A DNA stretch of 64,000 bases from an uncultured bacterium (GCA_903922465.1 CAIXTV010000021.1:91-64090); one strand, 5' to 3'. Counted from the stretch's first letter, positions 47,209 through 57,910 are shown. Program-made: numbers and translations. Notes: generated by a model from the sequence alone, not told the origin.

Positions 47209-48030
47209 TTATTTTAATTTCTTCACATTAGTATTTGATAATAAAGAGTTCATTTGAGTTATAGCCATTTGATTCAATTGTATCAATCTTTGGCTTTGTG
47301 GTAAATTCTGATGTATCAGCATTGCATTTATACTTTCTAAGTTTGAAAGCACTACCAATTGTTCAATTGTAGCATAATCTCTAATATTTCCTTGTAAGTC
47401 AGGATTTTCAGTTCTCCATTCAAGAGCTGTCTTTCCAAACAAAGCCATATTTAGCATATCAGCTTCGTTTGCATATAAAAAATTAATTTGAGATTTGTTT
47501 AATTCAGGCGGAATTAGTTTTTCTTTAATTGCATCAGTATGAATTTTGTAATTTACTTTTGCAAGTGTACGTTGAAAGCTCCAACCTAATTTTAATCTAT
47601 CATTTTCATCTTCCTTAAGCCTTTGGAATTCTTTTATCAGATACATTTTAAATCCGGGACTTAACCAACTACCAAATTCAAAAGCAATATCTTTATCCGC
47701 AAAAGTACCGCTGTTATATCTTCCTGCTTTGGCTATAATTCCTATAGCATGCGTTTTTTCAATCCATTTCTTAACTGATAGTGTAAAACGATTAAGACCC
47801 GCTTCATTTTTAATTCCCTCGAATTCGGGGTAATTAAAATTGGGATTATTTATCTCTTCCCATATGCCAATAAATTCAATGGTATTTTTGTTGCGCAACC
47901 ATTTCTCAATCAAAGAATGCCCATCTTCAAAACCTTTAACCATGTCAGTTAAAGATATAAAATCAGAATTTTTGTGTTCAATGATGGTTATTTCTGACCC
48001 TTTTACAATTATTGTTTTCTTCTTTGCCAT
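47209..48030 (-). CDS. KilA-N domain protein inserted between hsdR and hsdM
   Basis: GSEITIIEHKNSDFISLTDMVKGFEDGHSLIEKWLRNKNTIEFIGIWEEINNPNF is the typical KilA-N/ORF6N N-terminal region as I recall it. Confidence 0.65.
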   Translation of the reverse strand: MAKKKTIIVKGSEITIIEHKNSDFISLTDMVKGFEDGHSLIEKWLRNKNTIEFIGIWEEINNPNFNYPEFEGIKNEAGLNRFTLSVKKWIEKTHAIGIIAKAGRYNSGTFADKDIAFEFGSWLSPGFKMYLIKEFQRLKEDENDRLKLGWSFQRTLAKVNYKIHTDAIKEKLIPPELNKSQINFLYANEADMLNMALFGKTALEWRTENPDLQGNIRDYATIEQLVVLSNLESINAMLIHQNLPQSQRLIQLNQMAITQMNSLLSNTNVKKLK

Positions 48031-48031
48031 A

Positions 48032-50829
48032 TTATGCAGCGATTATTAATTCTGTGAATTTTAATATTTCTTCAATCTCATTAGGATTAAATATTCCTCT
48101 TATTCCTTCGGGATGAAGTAAAGTAAATGGTGATTCAATGAGGTTCCTTTTTGTTAGTTTTTCGTTTTCAATAATGTACTTACGCAGTAAATCTAAGAAT
48201 TGTAATTGCCGACTGGTAAGGTATGAATGTGCTGTAATAAAAGTATCAAAGGCTTTGGAAACAGTTTCAGGAAATGATTCTAATATTTCAATTCCAAGGA
48301 TATGTTTGATGAATTGCACCAACTCCGCCTTACGATGATTATATACTCTTCTCAGTAATTCTATTGTAATGTGTGGATGTTCATTATGCAATGCTTCAGC
48401 TAATTGTTCCGCTTCATTGTGTGAAATCTCTTTTCCTTCTTTTATCCTTTGTAGAATAGAGTTTTCCATAACCATTTCATTAACTTTCTGCTCAACTAAT
48501 TCCCTATATTTTGCAACGCTTAACGCTTCATGTTGTGGTCCAAATTCAACATATTCTTTCTCACTCACAATATCTTTAAAATTGAATTTTGCGGGTCCAA
48601 GTGGAATGACTGATTCTCGATATTTCATGAGTGGGGAAATTTTTTGAATCAGTTCATCAAATTTCTCTTCACTAATAGTTGCCCAATAATGATTCGTCTG
48701 TGCTTTTTTAATTAGTTCTTCTTCTTTAGCAACAACATTGATACTTAAAGGAAGTTCCCCAATCTCTTCAATAATACTATCTTTAATTGTTTCAAATTTT
48801 TCCTTCTCCTCTGATAAATGAGCCAAAGAAACTTCCACAATATCTTTTTCAAATCGCATTGCTTTAAAATCAGTATCAGAAATTGTTCTGAAAAGTGGTT
48901 TAATAACTGTTCGAAGAAACTCTATTTTTTCCACGGACAAATTATTCCAAAAGTTCCCATCTTCCAATCTTTGCATCTCATGTTTTGCCTCCATTATTAC
49001 GATGGAATTCTGAGGAAGGCTATTTATTTGTGCTCTAAGCTTTTGAATTTCTTTTTCAGTTATTTCATTGCAGTTTAATTCAATCGCTTTTTCTATTTTT
49101 TCTAAGCGAACACCAAACAACCTCACAGGTAATGGGATTTGTGGTTTTAGTTCTTTCCCTCTTGGATTAATTTTAAAATATTCAAAATTATCCCAACAAT
49201 CAAGAATTAAGAATTCATCTTTTTTTGTGCACCATGGTTTTATTTTTTCAGTTTCAAGTAGTCTGGTTCCTCTACCTATCATTTGCCAAAACTTGGTATA
49301 TGAATATACAGGTTTTGCAAATACTAGATTTGTTAATTCCCTGACATCTATTCCTGTATCGAGCATATCTACACTTATTGCAACACGTGGCATATCATTA
49401 GAAACAAATTGATCAAGCAAGCCACCTTTACCATATACTCTAGGGTCTTCGCTAACAATTACTTTTGCTAATTCTCCTTTGTATTCAGGATAAAGAGAAT
49501 CAAATATTTCTTCCACTCTTCTTGCATGAGCTTTACTAATGCAAAAGAAAATTGTTTTTCCTGGCAATACACCATTGCTATCTTTGATAGACTCTTCCAT
49601 GAATTCCCGAACTATCAATGCATTTGTTCCCCTGTTAATTACTTTCTTCTCAATTTCAGTCCCCTCGTAATTAATTTCTTCGATCTCTTTTCCTTCAAGT
49701 ATCAATCTTTGTTGGTCTTCTAAGGAAATTGTTCTTTTACTAATTCCTTCATCCTGAAACTTCGTTTTAATTTTCATTACCTGAAAATTACAGAGATAAG
49801 GAGGAATATTATTTACTGCTTCATCATAAGAATATGCAAATGTTGGAACTCCATCTTCACATTCAAACAAATTGAATGTATTATGGTCAATAACATCTGT
49901 TGGAGTTGCAGTCATACCAAGAGTAATGGTGTTGAAATAGTCTAATATTTCCTGATAAGTATTATAAATACTTCGATGACTTTCATCTACAACCACCAAA
50001 TCAAAGAAATGAGGACTTAAAGGTTTATTCTCATCTCGAATTATGTTTAGCATGGTAGGATAAGTAGTAACATAAATCCTTCTATCAGTTGTAATATCCT
50101 TTTCACCTTGCTTTGGCCATCTTGGTTCATTAGGTAAATATTCTTTAAACACATCAAGAGTTTGTTCTTTTAAAGAAATTCTATCCACTAAAAACAATAC
50201 TCTTTCTGCCCAACCTGCTCTCATAAGTGAATCAACAAGGGCTACACAGGTTCGTGTTTTCCCAGTTCCAGTTGCCATCACTAATAAAAACTTTCTTTTT
50301 CGTTTCTCAATGGCTTCCATTACAGCACGGATACAGCGTATTTGATAATCCCTTCCAGCAACCTTAGTGTTTATTAATTCCCCGGCTAGACTTTTACGTG
50401 CTTTTCGAATATATATGAATATCGTTCAAGATCATCTCGAGTTGGAAAACCGTAAACTTTTTTAGGTGGATAGTTTTCTAAATCCCAAAAATGTATTTCA
50501 TATCCATTGGTATAAAAGCAAAAAGGAAGTTCCCCTCCATGTTTTTTTTGGATGTTATAACAATATTGCTTTGCCTGTTCACGTCCAATTGCAGCATCAA
50601 CAGATGTCTTTTTTGCTTCAACCACAGCAATTGGTTTTCCATCTTTTCCAAGTAATACATAGTCACTGAACTGATGACCAGAATATGGATTTATTGCTTC
50701 CTGAACTTTTTGAGAATCAACAATAATATCAAATTCTTCCACTACTTGGGTTTTATCAGAAACATTCCAATTAGCTTGTTTAAGCCTTTTATCGATTATT
50801 TCTTGCCTTGTAAGTTTTTCAGTTTTCAA
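48032..50829 (-). pseudogene. hsdR: Type I restriction enzyme R subunit HsdR, split by a frameshift near 50389-50410
   Basis: ORF 50386-50829 is the HsdR N-terminal nuclease-type domain (TRQEIIDKRLKQANWNV). ORF 48032-50320 is the SF2 helicase part (LVMATGTGKTRT, VVVDESHR). The helicase frame stays open upstream to about 50405 as ARKSLAGELINTKVAGRDYQIRCIRAV, one frame off the N-terminal ORF. Confidence 0.8.
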
Positions 50830-50979
50830 CTTAATTTTTGTTACTTTAGTAAATGGGATAATGTTTTATAGGTTTATTGTATCTTTTTTATTGGTTTATG
50901 TCAACGAATATGCAAATATATTAATTTATATTCACTCACTTTAAATAAACTCTCCCCTTTACTTATCAGATCAACAATT

Positions 50980-51981
50980 TCAAGTAAGTTGTTTTCCTTT
51001 TGTCATATTATCTTTTTGTAATCTAAGCATTTGTAATTCTTCACATCTTTCCTTTTCACTGTATGTTAATGGAATTTCAGCTTCTTTATTTTCATCAGAT
51101 ATGTCCAATTCTTTACTTTCCTGATTTATATTTAGAATATAATCAGTGGCTTTTTGAGCTTGAGCACTGGCATGAACAATAAACTTTTTGTCGTTTTTCA
51201 ATCTTCCAAGCCATGATTGAATATATGAAGCATTGTTTTCAAGTTGCTCTATTGGTATTCCGGCATAAGACTTAAGATACGAAGCTCCCATCTCTGCTGT
51301 TAATTCCTCTTTTGCATAATCTTCTGTTCCAAATCCTTTACTTTCCAATAACTCTCTTCTGCATAATCTTTCATTATGTCCTGTGCTGTGAACTAATTCA
51401 TGGAATAAAGCACCATAATAATCTTCACTTTTATCAAAAGTTTCTATCTTTGGAATATTCACATAATCATTCGTTTTACTGTAATATGCTCTATGTTCTT
51501 TACTTACTATATTCGGTCGCTTCGGCATTTCTTCAATAATTCTCTCACATGTTTCTAAGGGATTATTTTTTCTTAATTCAACCTGAGGTAATTTTTCTTT
51601 TGGTATTCCTTCACATTGATCAATGTTGAAAACGTTGTAATATCGAAGCATTGGAATTCTTTCTATTTCTTTTGTATTTTTATCTTCCTTTTCAAGCCAT
51701 TTCCAAAAAATTACTTCTTGTGATTTTTCTCCACGTTTTACTGTTCCTCCTAATTCTTTGGCTTGTTTAAATGTCAGGAAATAGTTTTGAGAGTAATTAA
51801 GGGTCGACAACAACCAAACATTAATTCCCCTGTAGTTTTTTCCTGTAATTAAATTTTTTGGCAATCCTGCTTTTGTCCATGTTTGATGCCATGGTACAAC
51901 ACCTTTTTCAAGATGTTCTATAATACGATTATTTACTATTGAATAAACGTCAATTGGTGAGGTTTTAATATTGTTTTTCAT
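50980..51981 (-). CDS. ardC: ArdC-like antirestriction / ssDNA-binding protein (DUF1738 plus zincin metalloprotease domain)
   Basis: VPWHQTW, GINVWLL, FLTFKQAKELGGTVKRGEK, and the HExxH-type site FHELVHSTGH. Confidence 0.8.
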   Translation of the reverse strand: MKNNIKTSPIDVYSIVNNRIIEHLEKGVVPWHQTWTKAGLPKNLITGKNYRGINVWLLSTLNYSQNYFLTFKQAKELGGTVKRGEKSQEVIFWKWLEKEDKNTKEIERIPMLRYYNVFNIDQCEGIPKEKLPQVELRKNNPLETCERIIEEMPKRPNIVSKEHRAYYSKTNDYVNIPKIETFDKSEDYYGALFHELVHSTGHNERLCRRELLESKGFGTEDYAKEELTAEMGASYLKSYAGIPIEQLENNASYIQSWLGRLKNDKKFIVHASAQAQKATDYILNINQESKELDISDENKEAEIPLTYSEKERCEELQMLRLQKDNMTKGKQLT

Positions 51982-51993
51982 GCTAGAAAAAAG

Positions 51994-52845
51994 TTATTTG
52001 AAACGTCTGATAATTTTCTCTTTCGTTCTTAGTTGACTATCACTTATTTCTTTTTGCCTTATTAAAGTCCTATTCAATTCTTCTAACCTTTCATCTGTAA
52101 AGCCCAATCGGTTTAGCCGGAATTTACGTTCACAATAAATTATGCCCGAAATTCTACCACCTCTGATATATGTTGAAAGTCCGCATTCTTTTAACTTGTT
52201 ATAAAAATCATTCTTTGATACTGCATTTTTATATGCTGTTTTAAGCATTCCAATTACTAACTCCTTGTCTGTTGCCCTCCCTGTCCTTTGCCGATGTTGA
52301 TATTCTTTCTCAGAAGGGAGGGCAAAATCTTTTTTTGGTGTCCCGTGATTTACAATAGATTTGGTTAACTTTGGGTATTTATCGATTTGATACTGTTGAA
52401 TTGTTTGTTTTAATTCCTGCATCTCTTGTTTTGCTAATCGCATTGTTTTTCCAGTTCGATATTCTATTCCGGATGCACAAATATGTACGTGATAATGTTC
52501 TTTATCAAAATGAGGAACTGCAACATACATTCCATTTGGGTTTCTCTTTTGAATGTATTCTCTTGCTATATCTTCTAATTTATCTAAGGTAATTTCTTTT
52601 GCATCATCTTTATGCCAGGAAAGAATTTCATGAGTCATCATCACACTATTGATTCGTTTATGTTTTCTAAACTGCTCATTAATTTTATATTGGTTATCCC
52701 ATTCCTTAACAGTTGAATCTTTCAAGTTGTGGGTAATGATAAAGCTATGTCCACTATTATCAAACAGACGATCTTTGTCATGAATCATATAGTTTAACAA
52801 CTTTGAAAAGGTAGGATTTTTATGTGATTTTATTTTTACAATCAT
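51994..52845 (-). CDS. Relaxase / mobilisation nuclease (MobA/VirD2 family)
   Basis: Histidine triad region VAVPHFDKEHYHVHICAS. Confidence 0.8.
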   Translation of the reverse strand: MIVKIKSHKNPTFSKLLNYMIHDKDRLFDNSGHSFIITHNLKDSTVKEWDNQYKINEQFRKHKRINSVMMTHEILSWHKDDAKEITLDKLEDIAREYIQKRNPNGMYVAVPHFDKEHYHVHICASGIEYRTGKTMRLAKQEMQELKQTIQQYQIDKYPKLTKSIVNHGTPKKDFALPSEKEYQHRQRTGRATDKELVIGMLKTAYKNAVSKNDFYNKLKECGLSTYIRGGRISGIIYCERKFRLNRLGFTDERLEELNRTLIRQKEISDSQLRTKEKIIRRFK

Positions 52846-53401
52846 TTTGCAATGAAGATATTATGGTAATAAGTCGACCTTTAAGTTCTGGTTTTTTATT
52901 AATTTCCTTTATTATTAATTCTTCTAAGGTACAGGGTGCCTCAATTACTTCCCTAATATCTATTTCTAAATTCTCAATTTGCTTTTCAATGTTTTTAATC
53001 TTTTGGTCTTTCTCCCAAAAGAATTTATCCTTCTTTTGGGCTATTCGTTGTATTTCATTCAAACATTGAGAAAGTAATTGTTCTAGTTTTGCAATTTGAA
53101 ATCGGTCAGGGACAACATAAGTTTTATTGATGTAGGCAAGAGTTGCCAAGCGAATAAATGAAGATATTGATAACTTATGATGTTTAGCAGATGATAATAT
53201 GGTGGAATATTCACCATTGTCTTTAATAAGACTAATGGTAAATTCAGGCTTTGTGGCCCTTTTGTTTCTTTTATAATTCAGTAAGTATTGTTTACGATAA
53301 GCTTGTTTAGCGGATTTAATTTCCTCCTCTGTTCCCTTTTCGAGTACTCCCAAGGCATCTAAATATGCCCACATTCCGCTATTTTTGGCTTTTCTAGGCA
53401 T
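52820..53401 (-). CDS. Putative relaxosome accessory (MobC-like) protein
   Basis: A small basic protein between the coupling protein and the relaxase genes. Assignment is positional. The start was chosen at ATG 53401. Confidence 0.4.
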   Translation of the reverse strand: MPRKAKNSGMWAYLDALGVLEKGTEEEIKSAKQAYRKQYLLNYKRNKRATKPEFTISLIKDNGEYSTILSSAKHHKLSISSFIRLATLAYINKTYVVPDRFQIAKLEQLLSQCLNEIQRIAQKKDKFFWEKDQKIKNIEKQIENLEIDIREVIEAPCTLEELIIKEINKKPELKGRLITIISSLQNDCKNKIT

Positions 53402-54839
53402 CTTCAGATGCTTTCTTGTTAATTGGAGGCAATACAGCAACACTCTCTGGAATTTCGCTATTTTCGGCTTCTGGAACTGGAATATTGCTATAATTAAGGT
53501 ACATTCTGTTTTTATAATACGGTCTTAGTTTTGCTTTAATCGGAGGGTGATGCCCACAGATAAGCAATGCCCTTTTAATATCCATCGTTCGGATTTCATC
53601 ATTGGTCATTAAGGGACGAACCACTGTTCTGTTTTTCCCATCCTCAAATTGATATTTTCCTAAAGTTTGCTCAAGTTCTTTTGCAGTTTCAAATGAAGTC
53701 CCTGTAAAATACATTTTGGCAAAACAATTGGATTTTATTCCATCTGCATCATACTTTCCATAGTGATGAACAAGTTGATTGAAGTCCTGAACCAAAAGCA
53801 TGATACCTGAACGATGTTTTCTAACGTTAGCCACTGCTAACGGTAAAGTTGGAAGGTTTAAGGATGAAGCCTCATCAATGAGAAGGAAAATATCTTTCTC
53901 TCCTTTTTGGGGGAAACGACCAAGTAGAAATGAAAAGAATTGTTCAAAGAAGATAGAGGTAAGCACAGAATAATACCTTTGATCAGCAACGGAGTTTTGA
54001 ATAAATAATGCAGTTGGTTTATTTCGGAAATCAAGGAAATCAATATTATCAAAAGAGGTTACTTTTGCTACTGCACCATCATTAAATATTTGAAGTGCTG
54101 CTTTGCAGGTAGCAATTACCCCTGACACTACTTTTTCATCGTAGGATATAAATGATTTATACTCTTCAAAAATTATATCGTCAGCAAATTTACTAAATAG
54201 ATTATCAACTGATTGTGGATTGCCTCCAAGTCGGTTAAGTAATTGTCGGATATTGAATAAGTTTTGATACTCATCATCCTGCTTTTTTAGTATATCAATT
54301 AACATTGCCAACAATGAAGTTGCTTGAATATTCCAAAAAGGATCTTTTGACTTTCCACCTAAAGCATTCTCAACAAGCATGGAAGCGATTTTTTGTATAT
54401 CTGAAGAACTTTGAGCTCTGACAAGTGGGTTATATCCTGCTGAATTTTCTGGATTAGCGAAATTCAGTACTTTTATTTCATAACCTTTTTGTTTCAAATA
54501 GCCTGCACTTTTCATTAACAATTCCCCTGATGGGTCATGGATAATTAAACTGCCACGCATAGAAAAAATAGAAGGAAACAGAACAACACTTGATTTCCCT
54601 GTACCAGTTCCTCCTATTATTAATGCATTTTGAAATGAATCCTTACAGGTTAATCTTTTGGTCCCTGTAAGACAAAAGCCATGATTAAATCTTGATAGGA
54701 TTGTACCTTGTGAAGCAAACTCGGCACTATATTCTTTTTTCTTTTGTGAAAATACAATTCCTAATCCCTCAAAGATAAAATTAAGTATTCCGGCAAGTAA
54801 TTCGAATATCATTGAAAAAAGTTGGGTGATAAATTTCAT
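53394..54839 (-). CDS. Type IV coupling protein (TraG/TraD/VirD4 family)
   Basis: It has an N-terminal hydrophobic segment. Walker A is IIGGTGTGKSS and Walker B is FLLIDEASSL. Confidence 0.85.
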   Translation of the reverse strand: MKFITQLFSMIFELLAGILNFIFEGLGIVFSQKKKEYSAEFASQGTILSRFNHGFCLTGTKRLTCKDSFQNALIIGGTGTGKSSVVLFPSIFSMRGSLIIHDPSGELLMKSAGYLKQKGYEIKVLNFANPENSAGYNPLVRAQSSSDIQKIASMLVENALGGKSKDPFWNIQATSLLAMLIDILKKQDDEYQNLFNIRQLLNRLGGNPQSVDNLFSKFADDIIFEEYKSFISYDEKVVSGVIATCKAALQIFNDGAVAKVTSFDNIDFLDFRNKPTALFIQNSVADQRYYSVLTSIFFEQFFSFLLGRFPQKGEKDIFLLIDEASSLNLPTLPLAVANVRKHRSGIMLLVQDFNQLVHHYGKYDADGIKSNCFAKMYFTGTSFETAKELEQTLGKYQFEDGKNRTVVRPLMTNDEIRTMDIKRALLICGHHPPIKAKLRPYYKNRMYLNYSNIPVPEAENSEIPESVAVLPPINKKASEDA

Positions 54840-54855
54840 TTTGGTTTTATTTTAA

Positions 54856-55005
54856 TTAGCTGATAATTTTTTTGAGATACGTATTTAGATGATGCACTAT
54901 TACTTCCAAGATACTCAAGGCACCCCAAAGCAGGACAGTAAATAACTTCAATGCAAGTTTTATTATCCACTTAATAAAGTCCCAAATGATTTTTCTAACC
55001 TTCAT
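54856..55005 (-). CDS. Small hydrophobic protein (49 aa), below the ORF-track cutoff
   Basis: I read it on the minus strand as MKVRKIIWDFIKWIIKLALKLFTVLLWGALSILEVIVHHLNTYLKKIIS. It lies directly upstream of the coupling-protein gene. Confidence 0.3.
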   Translation of the reverse strand: MKVRKIIWDFIKWIIKLALKLFTVLLWGALSILEVIVHHLNTYLKKIIS

Positions 55006-55024
55006 TTCTTTAACTTTTAAATTT

Positions 55025-55735
55025 TCAATTTACATTTACTGCAATTTCGACTTGAGCATTTTTACTTTCCAAGAGACTTTTGTAAAATCCCGATACAATT
55101 TTAAATTGCTCATTTTCTTTTATTCCATTAGCCTGGAAAAGAATGTAGATTTTAATTCCCGTTAAATCTCCTAAAGGTACTTGAGATTCAAAATATTTTC
55201 TCACTGATTCAGGCTTTGTTTTAAGTAAATCAAGCTTCTTCTTTTCATAAAAGGACATTTCCTTGGTGTTTTCCATTAGGTTGCTGTAGATTAAGAGGAT
55301 TTTTTTATCTGATGAATTCTTATACAGTCTATTCAGTTCCCTTGCTATTGGGGTATAAATTACTGAATTATCCAACCCTATTGTTTCTGTCGCTTTTTCG
55401 GAAAATATTTTGGAAACTTCTGTATTGAAATTCTTTATTTTCTTTTGTCTTTCAAACTCATTTCCCATCCATTGGTTTTCAGCATCGATACTTGTTTCGA
55501 AAGTTCGACTATAGCTCACATTGGTAATATCCACATAGCGGAATTTTGCCCCATCCCATTGAGTATTTTTCAAATTAAACAATGGGAGTATGTCTGTGGA
55601 ATTAGGTTGGGTAATCTGGGTATCTGTTATGTCTCGAATAACAACAACTTCTGTTGTTGAAGTAGTACCGGAATTAAAAGCAACTATTATTGCTACTCCG
55701 ACAATTAAGAAAATTATTATTATGGTTGTTTTCAT
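55025..55735 (-). CDS. Hypothetical protein with N-terminal signal/anchor helix
   Basis: MKTTIIIIFLIVGVAIIVAF hydrophobic N-terminus. No catalytic motif. Confidence 0.5.
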   Translation of the reverse strand: MKTTIIIIFLIVGVAIIVAFNSGTTSTTEVVVIRDITDTQITQPNSTDILPLFNLKNTQWDGAKFRYVDITNVSYSRTFETSIDAENQWMGNEFERQKKIKNFNTEVSKIFSEKATETIGLDNSVIYTPIARELNRLYKNSSDKKILLIYSNLMENTKEMSFYEKKKLDLLKTKPESVRKYFESQVPLGDLTGIKIYILFQANGIKENEQFKIVSGFYKSLLESKNAQVEIAVNVN

Positions 55736-55740
55736 GGTGA

Positions 55741-56817
55741 TTAATTTTCAGCGATTAAATAAGTAAATTGAAAATCGGCAATATCTGGAGCGTTAAGTAT
55801 CTCCCGATAACAATCAGGGACAATTCCATCATTGCGATAAGTTAAGTTTGTCGTTTTGAATATTTCCAATGATTCCCAATACATTTTCCTAATTATGTCA
55901 GCCGCATAATTTGAGTAATTAGCAATACGAATTCGAATTTTTGTTCTTTCAAGTATTGTTTCCTTTATTTTTTCTCTTTCGGCTTTTAATAATTTGATTT
56001 CCTTTTTCCTTTTCTTGATAGCAAGTAAGGTTTTAAGCCGTAAAGCATTCTCCTTTACTTCTGGCCATGTTGGCAACACAAAGAAGGATAGTAATGAAGA
56101 TACAAGGAAAAAGAAAAGATTAATAATTACAAAGTAGAAAGGGTTTATATGAACATCATGAGTTTCAAGATAGCTAGACCTAAAAATTGCCAGGGCTGTG
56201 AAAAGTCCTGTAATAAGAAGGAGTGAACCTACGACAACTGATATCCTTTGTATTTTATTCTTTGCCCCTTTAAATAACATTGGAGCGATATGAGAAAATA
56301 CAAATACAGCAAATGAAATACAAATAGAAAGTAATAGTGCGAAGAACAGGCTTTCACCAGTAATTTGAAAGGCTTTAGTATTGAAGACGATCTCTCCAAT
56401 CGTAATAATAAAGGTTGAAATCATTGCCCAACGAAATCTTGAAGGAACACTGCTTTGGTCAAATTCATTAAGTTCATATTGGTCATTGTGGTTTTGAGCT
56501 TCTTTTTCATTTATTTCCTTTTCAAGTTGCCCATCTTTTTCTCTATAATATTCAGCATCTGCTTTTGCTTCTGGGAAATGAGAAGCTGGTTGCAAACGAT
56601 GAAACACTTCAGCTCCCAACTTTTCATATCCTGTTCTTATTTCACCTGTGTAATGTGAAATACTGTCGCCCAAAGGAGCGGGTAGGTTCTTTTTAGCAAA
56701 GTGCTTTGCATTTCTACGAGCCGTTTCTTTTAGTTCGACATCGCGTTTTCTCATCATTTCTTCCAATACTGGATCGAAAATGTTACCACTTGGGATTTTT
56801 AAAATTTGATTGTTCAT
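55741..56817 (-). CDS. Hypothetical multi-pass membrane protein
   Basis: There are several hydrophobic stretches (ISTFIITIGEIVF, FFALLLSICISFAVFVF, VVVGSLLLITGLFTALAIF, FYFVIINLFFFLVSSLLSFFVL). Confidence 0.5.
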   Translation of the reverse strand: MNNQILKIPSGNIFDPVLEEMMRKRDVELKETARRNAKHFAKKNLPAPLGDSISHYTGEIRTGYEKLGAEVFHRLQPASHFPEAKADAEYYREKDGQLEKEINEKEAQNHNDQYELNEFDQSSVPSRFRWAMISTFIITIGEIVFNTKAFQITGESLFFALLLSICISFAVFVFSHIAPMLFKGAKNKIQRISVVVGSLLLITGLFTALAIFRSSYLETHDVHINPFYFVIINLFFFLVSSLLSFFVLPTWPEVKENALRLKTLLAIKKRKKEIKLLKAEREKIKETILERTKIRIRIANYSNYAADIIRKMYWESLEIFKTTNLTYRNDGIVPDCYREILNAPDIADFQFTYLIAEN

Positions 56818-56840
56818 TTGATTGATTTTTAAATTAATGA

Positions 56841-57182
56841 TTACCTGTTAATTAATCTTATTGTTGGTTTTGTAGTCCATTGACGTAAATGTTTTATTGA
56901 TAACTTTCTGTTTTCATATTCTTCTATGTAAGAAATTTCGTTTAGTTCATTAGAGTACTTTTCAAAGCTCCTTTCTATATCTGTAAAATCAGTTGTTGGA
57001 AGAAATATTTCTTCACCTTTATTATTTGTTGATATATACATACTTGAGTTGGTCTCAATATTGTAATCTAAATAAATTTTGCCTATTGGTTCTAATTTGT
57101 TATCAGGAAGGATCCTATTTACAATCACCTCCTGTGTTTCGGGGTCAGGTGAACTAAATTTTAATTTTGCTCTGTCATTCAT
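56841..57182 (-). CDS. Hypothetical protein
   Basis: 113-aa ORF. Confidence 0.4.
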   Translation of the reverse strand: MNDRAKLKFSSPDPETQEVIVNRILPDNKLEPIGKIYLDYNIETNSSMYISTNNKGEEIFLPTTDFTDIERSFEKYSNELNEISYIEEYENRKLSIKHLRQWTTKPTIRLINR

Positions 57183-57193
57183 GGCTTAGGTTT

Positions 57194-57772
57194 TTATAAG
57201 TCTCTGTCCATATCCTGTTCTCTATCATCATTTTGATCCCTGATTTCTTCCAGTTCACTTTCTCTGGTTGAGATTTCATTTTCAATTGGCTCCTCTTTAA
57301 TATCATTATTTTGAGGTGCCACTTCCTTATTGTCAGATGCATTCTTTATATCCTGTTCAACTTCCTTTCGGATAAGGTCAGTCTTATTAACTTCCTGCTT
57401 CTTTTCTTTATCGGGTTTTTTATCCCTGATGTTTTTTACCTCCTTATTCCTCACATTAGTTCTTAATTGAGCGAAGCCTGCTTTTTGCCAGTTTTGCTTC
57501 TGTACATTAGGAATTGTTTGAGCCATTGTTTTTCCATATTCAATGAAATTTTGTTTTAATTCAGTAAGTCCTTTGGCATCCTTAAAGATTGGGTTGCCGG
57601 CAAAGTCGGTAGCATAATAATGTGATTTCTTGTTTTCTTTATCATATTCGCGATAGACTCGCCCAATGATAATTCGTTTGTGGTCTTGTGTTTGAACCAC
57701 GGTCATAAAGTGTTGTCCTTTTGTATAAGAACTGTACTCTATGAAAACTGTTTTGCTTGTTTGTGTTTCCAT
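57194..57772 (-). CDS. Hypothetical protein with highly charged C-terminal tail
   Basis: 192-aa ORF with a K/E/D-rich C-terminus. It is the first gene inside the right island end. Confidence 0.45.
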   Translation of the reverse strand: METQTSKTVFIEYSSYTKGQHFMTVVQTQDHKRIIIGRVYREYDKENKKSHYYATDFAGNPIFKDAKGLTELKQNFIEYGKTMAQTIPNVQKQNWQKAGFAQLRTNVRNKEVKNIRDKKPDKEKKQEVNKTDLIRKEVEQDIKNASDNKEVAPQNNDIKEEPIENEISTRESELEEIRDQNDDREQDMDRDL

Positions 57773-57867
57773 GTTGTGAAATTTTTAGTTGATAGTATAT
57801 ATAATTGATATTTAGCACACAATGCCAATTTGCTTTGTATGCTTAGATATTTCTTTAGGAAAATTTT

Positions 57868-57910
57868 AAGCGGGGAAAAAGTGGGGAAATAAAGCGGGGA
57901 AATGTTGGGT
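57868..57910 (+). promoter_or_regulatory. Candidate integrase arm-type sites (GYGGGGAA x3) at the right island end
   Basis: aaGCGGGGAAaaaGTGGGGAAataaaGCGGGGAAatgttgggt. Confidence 0.35.
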
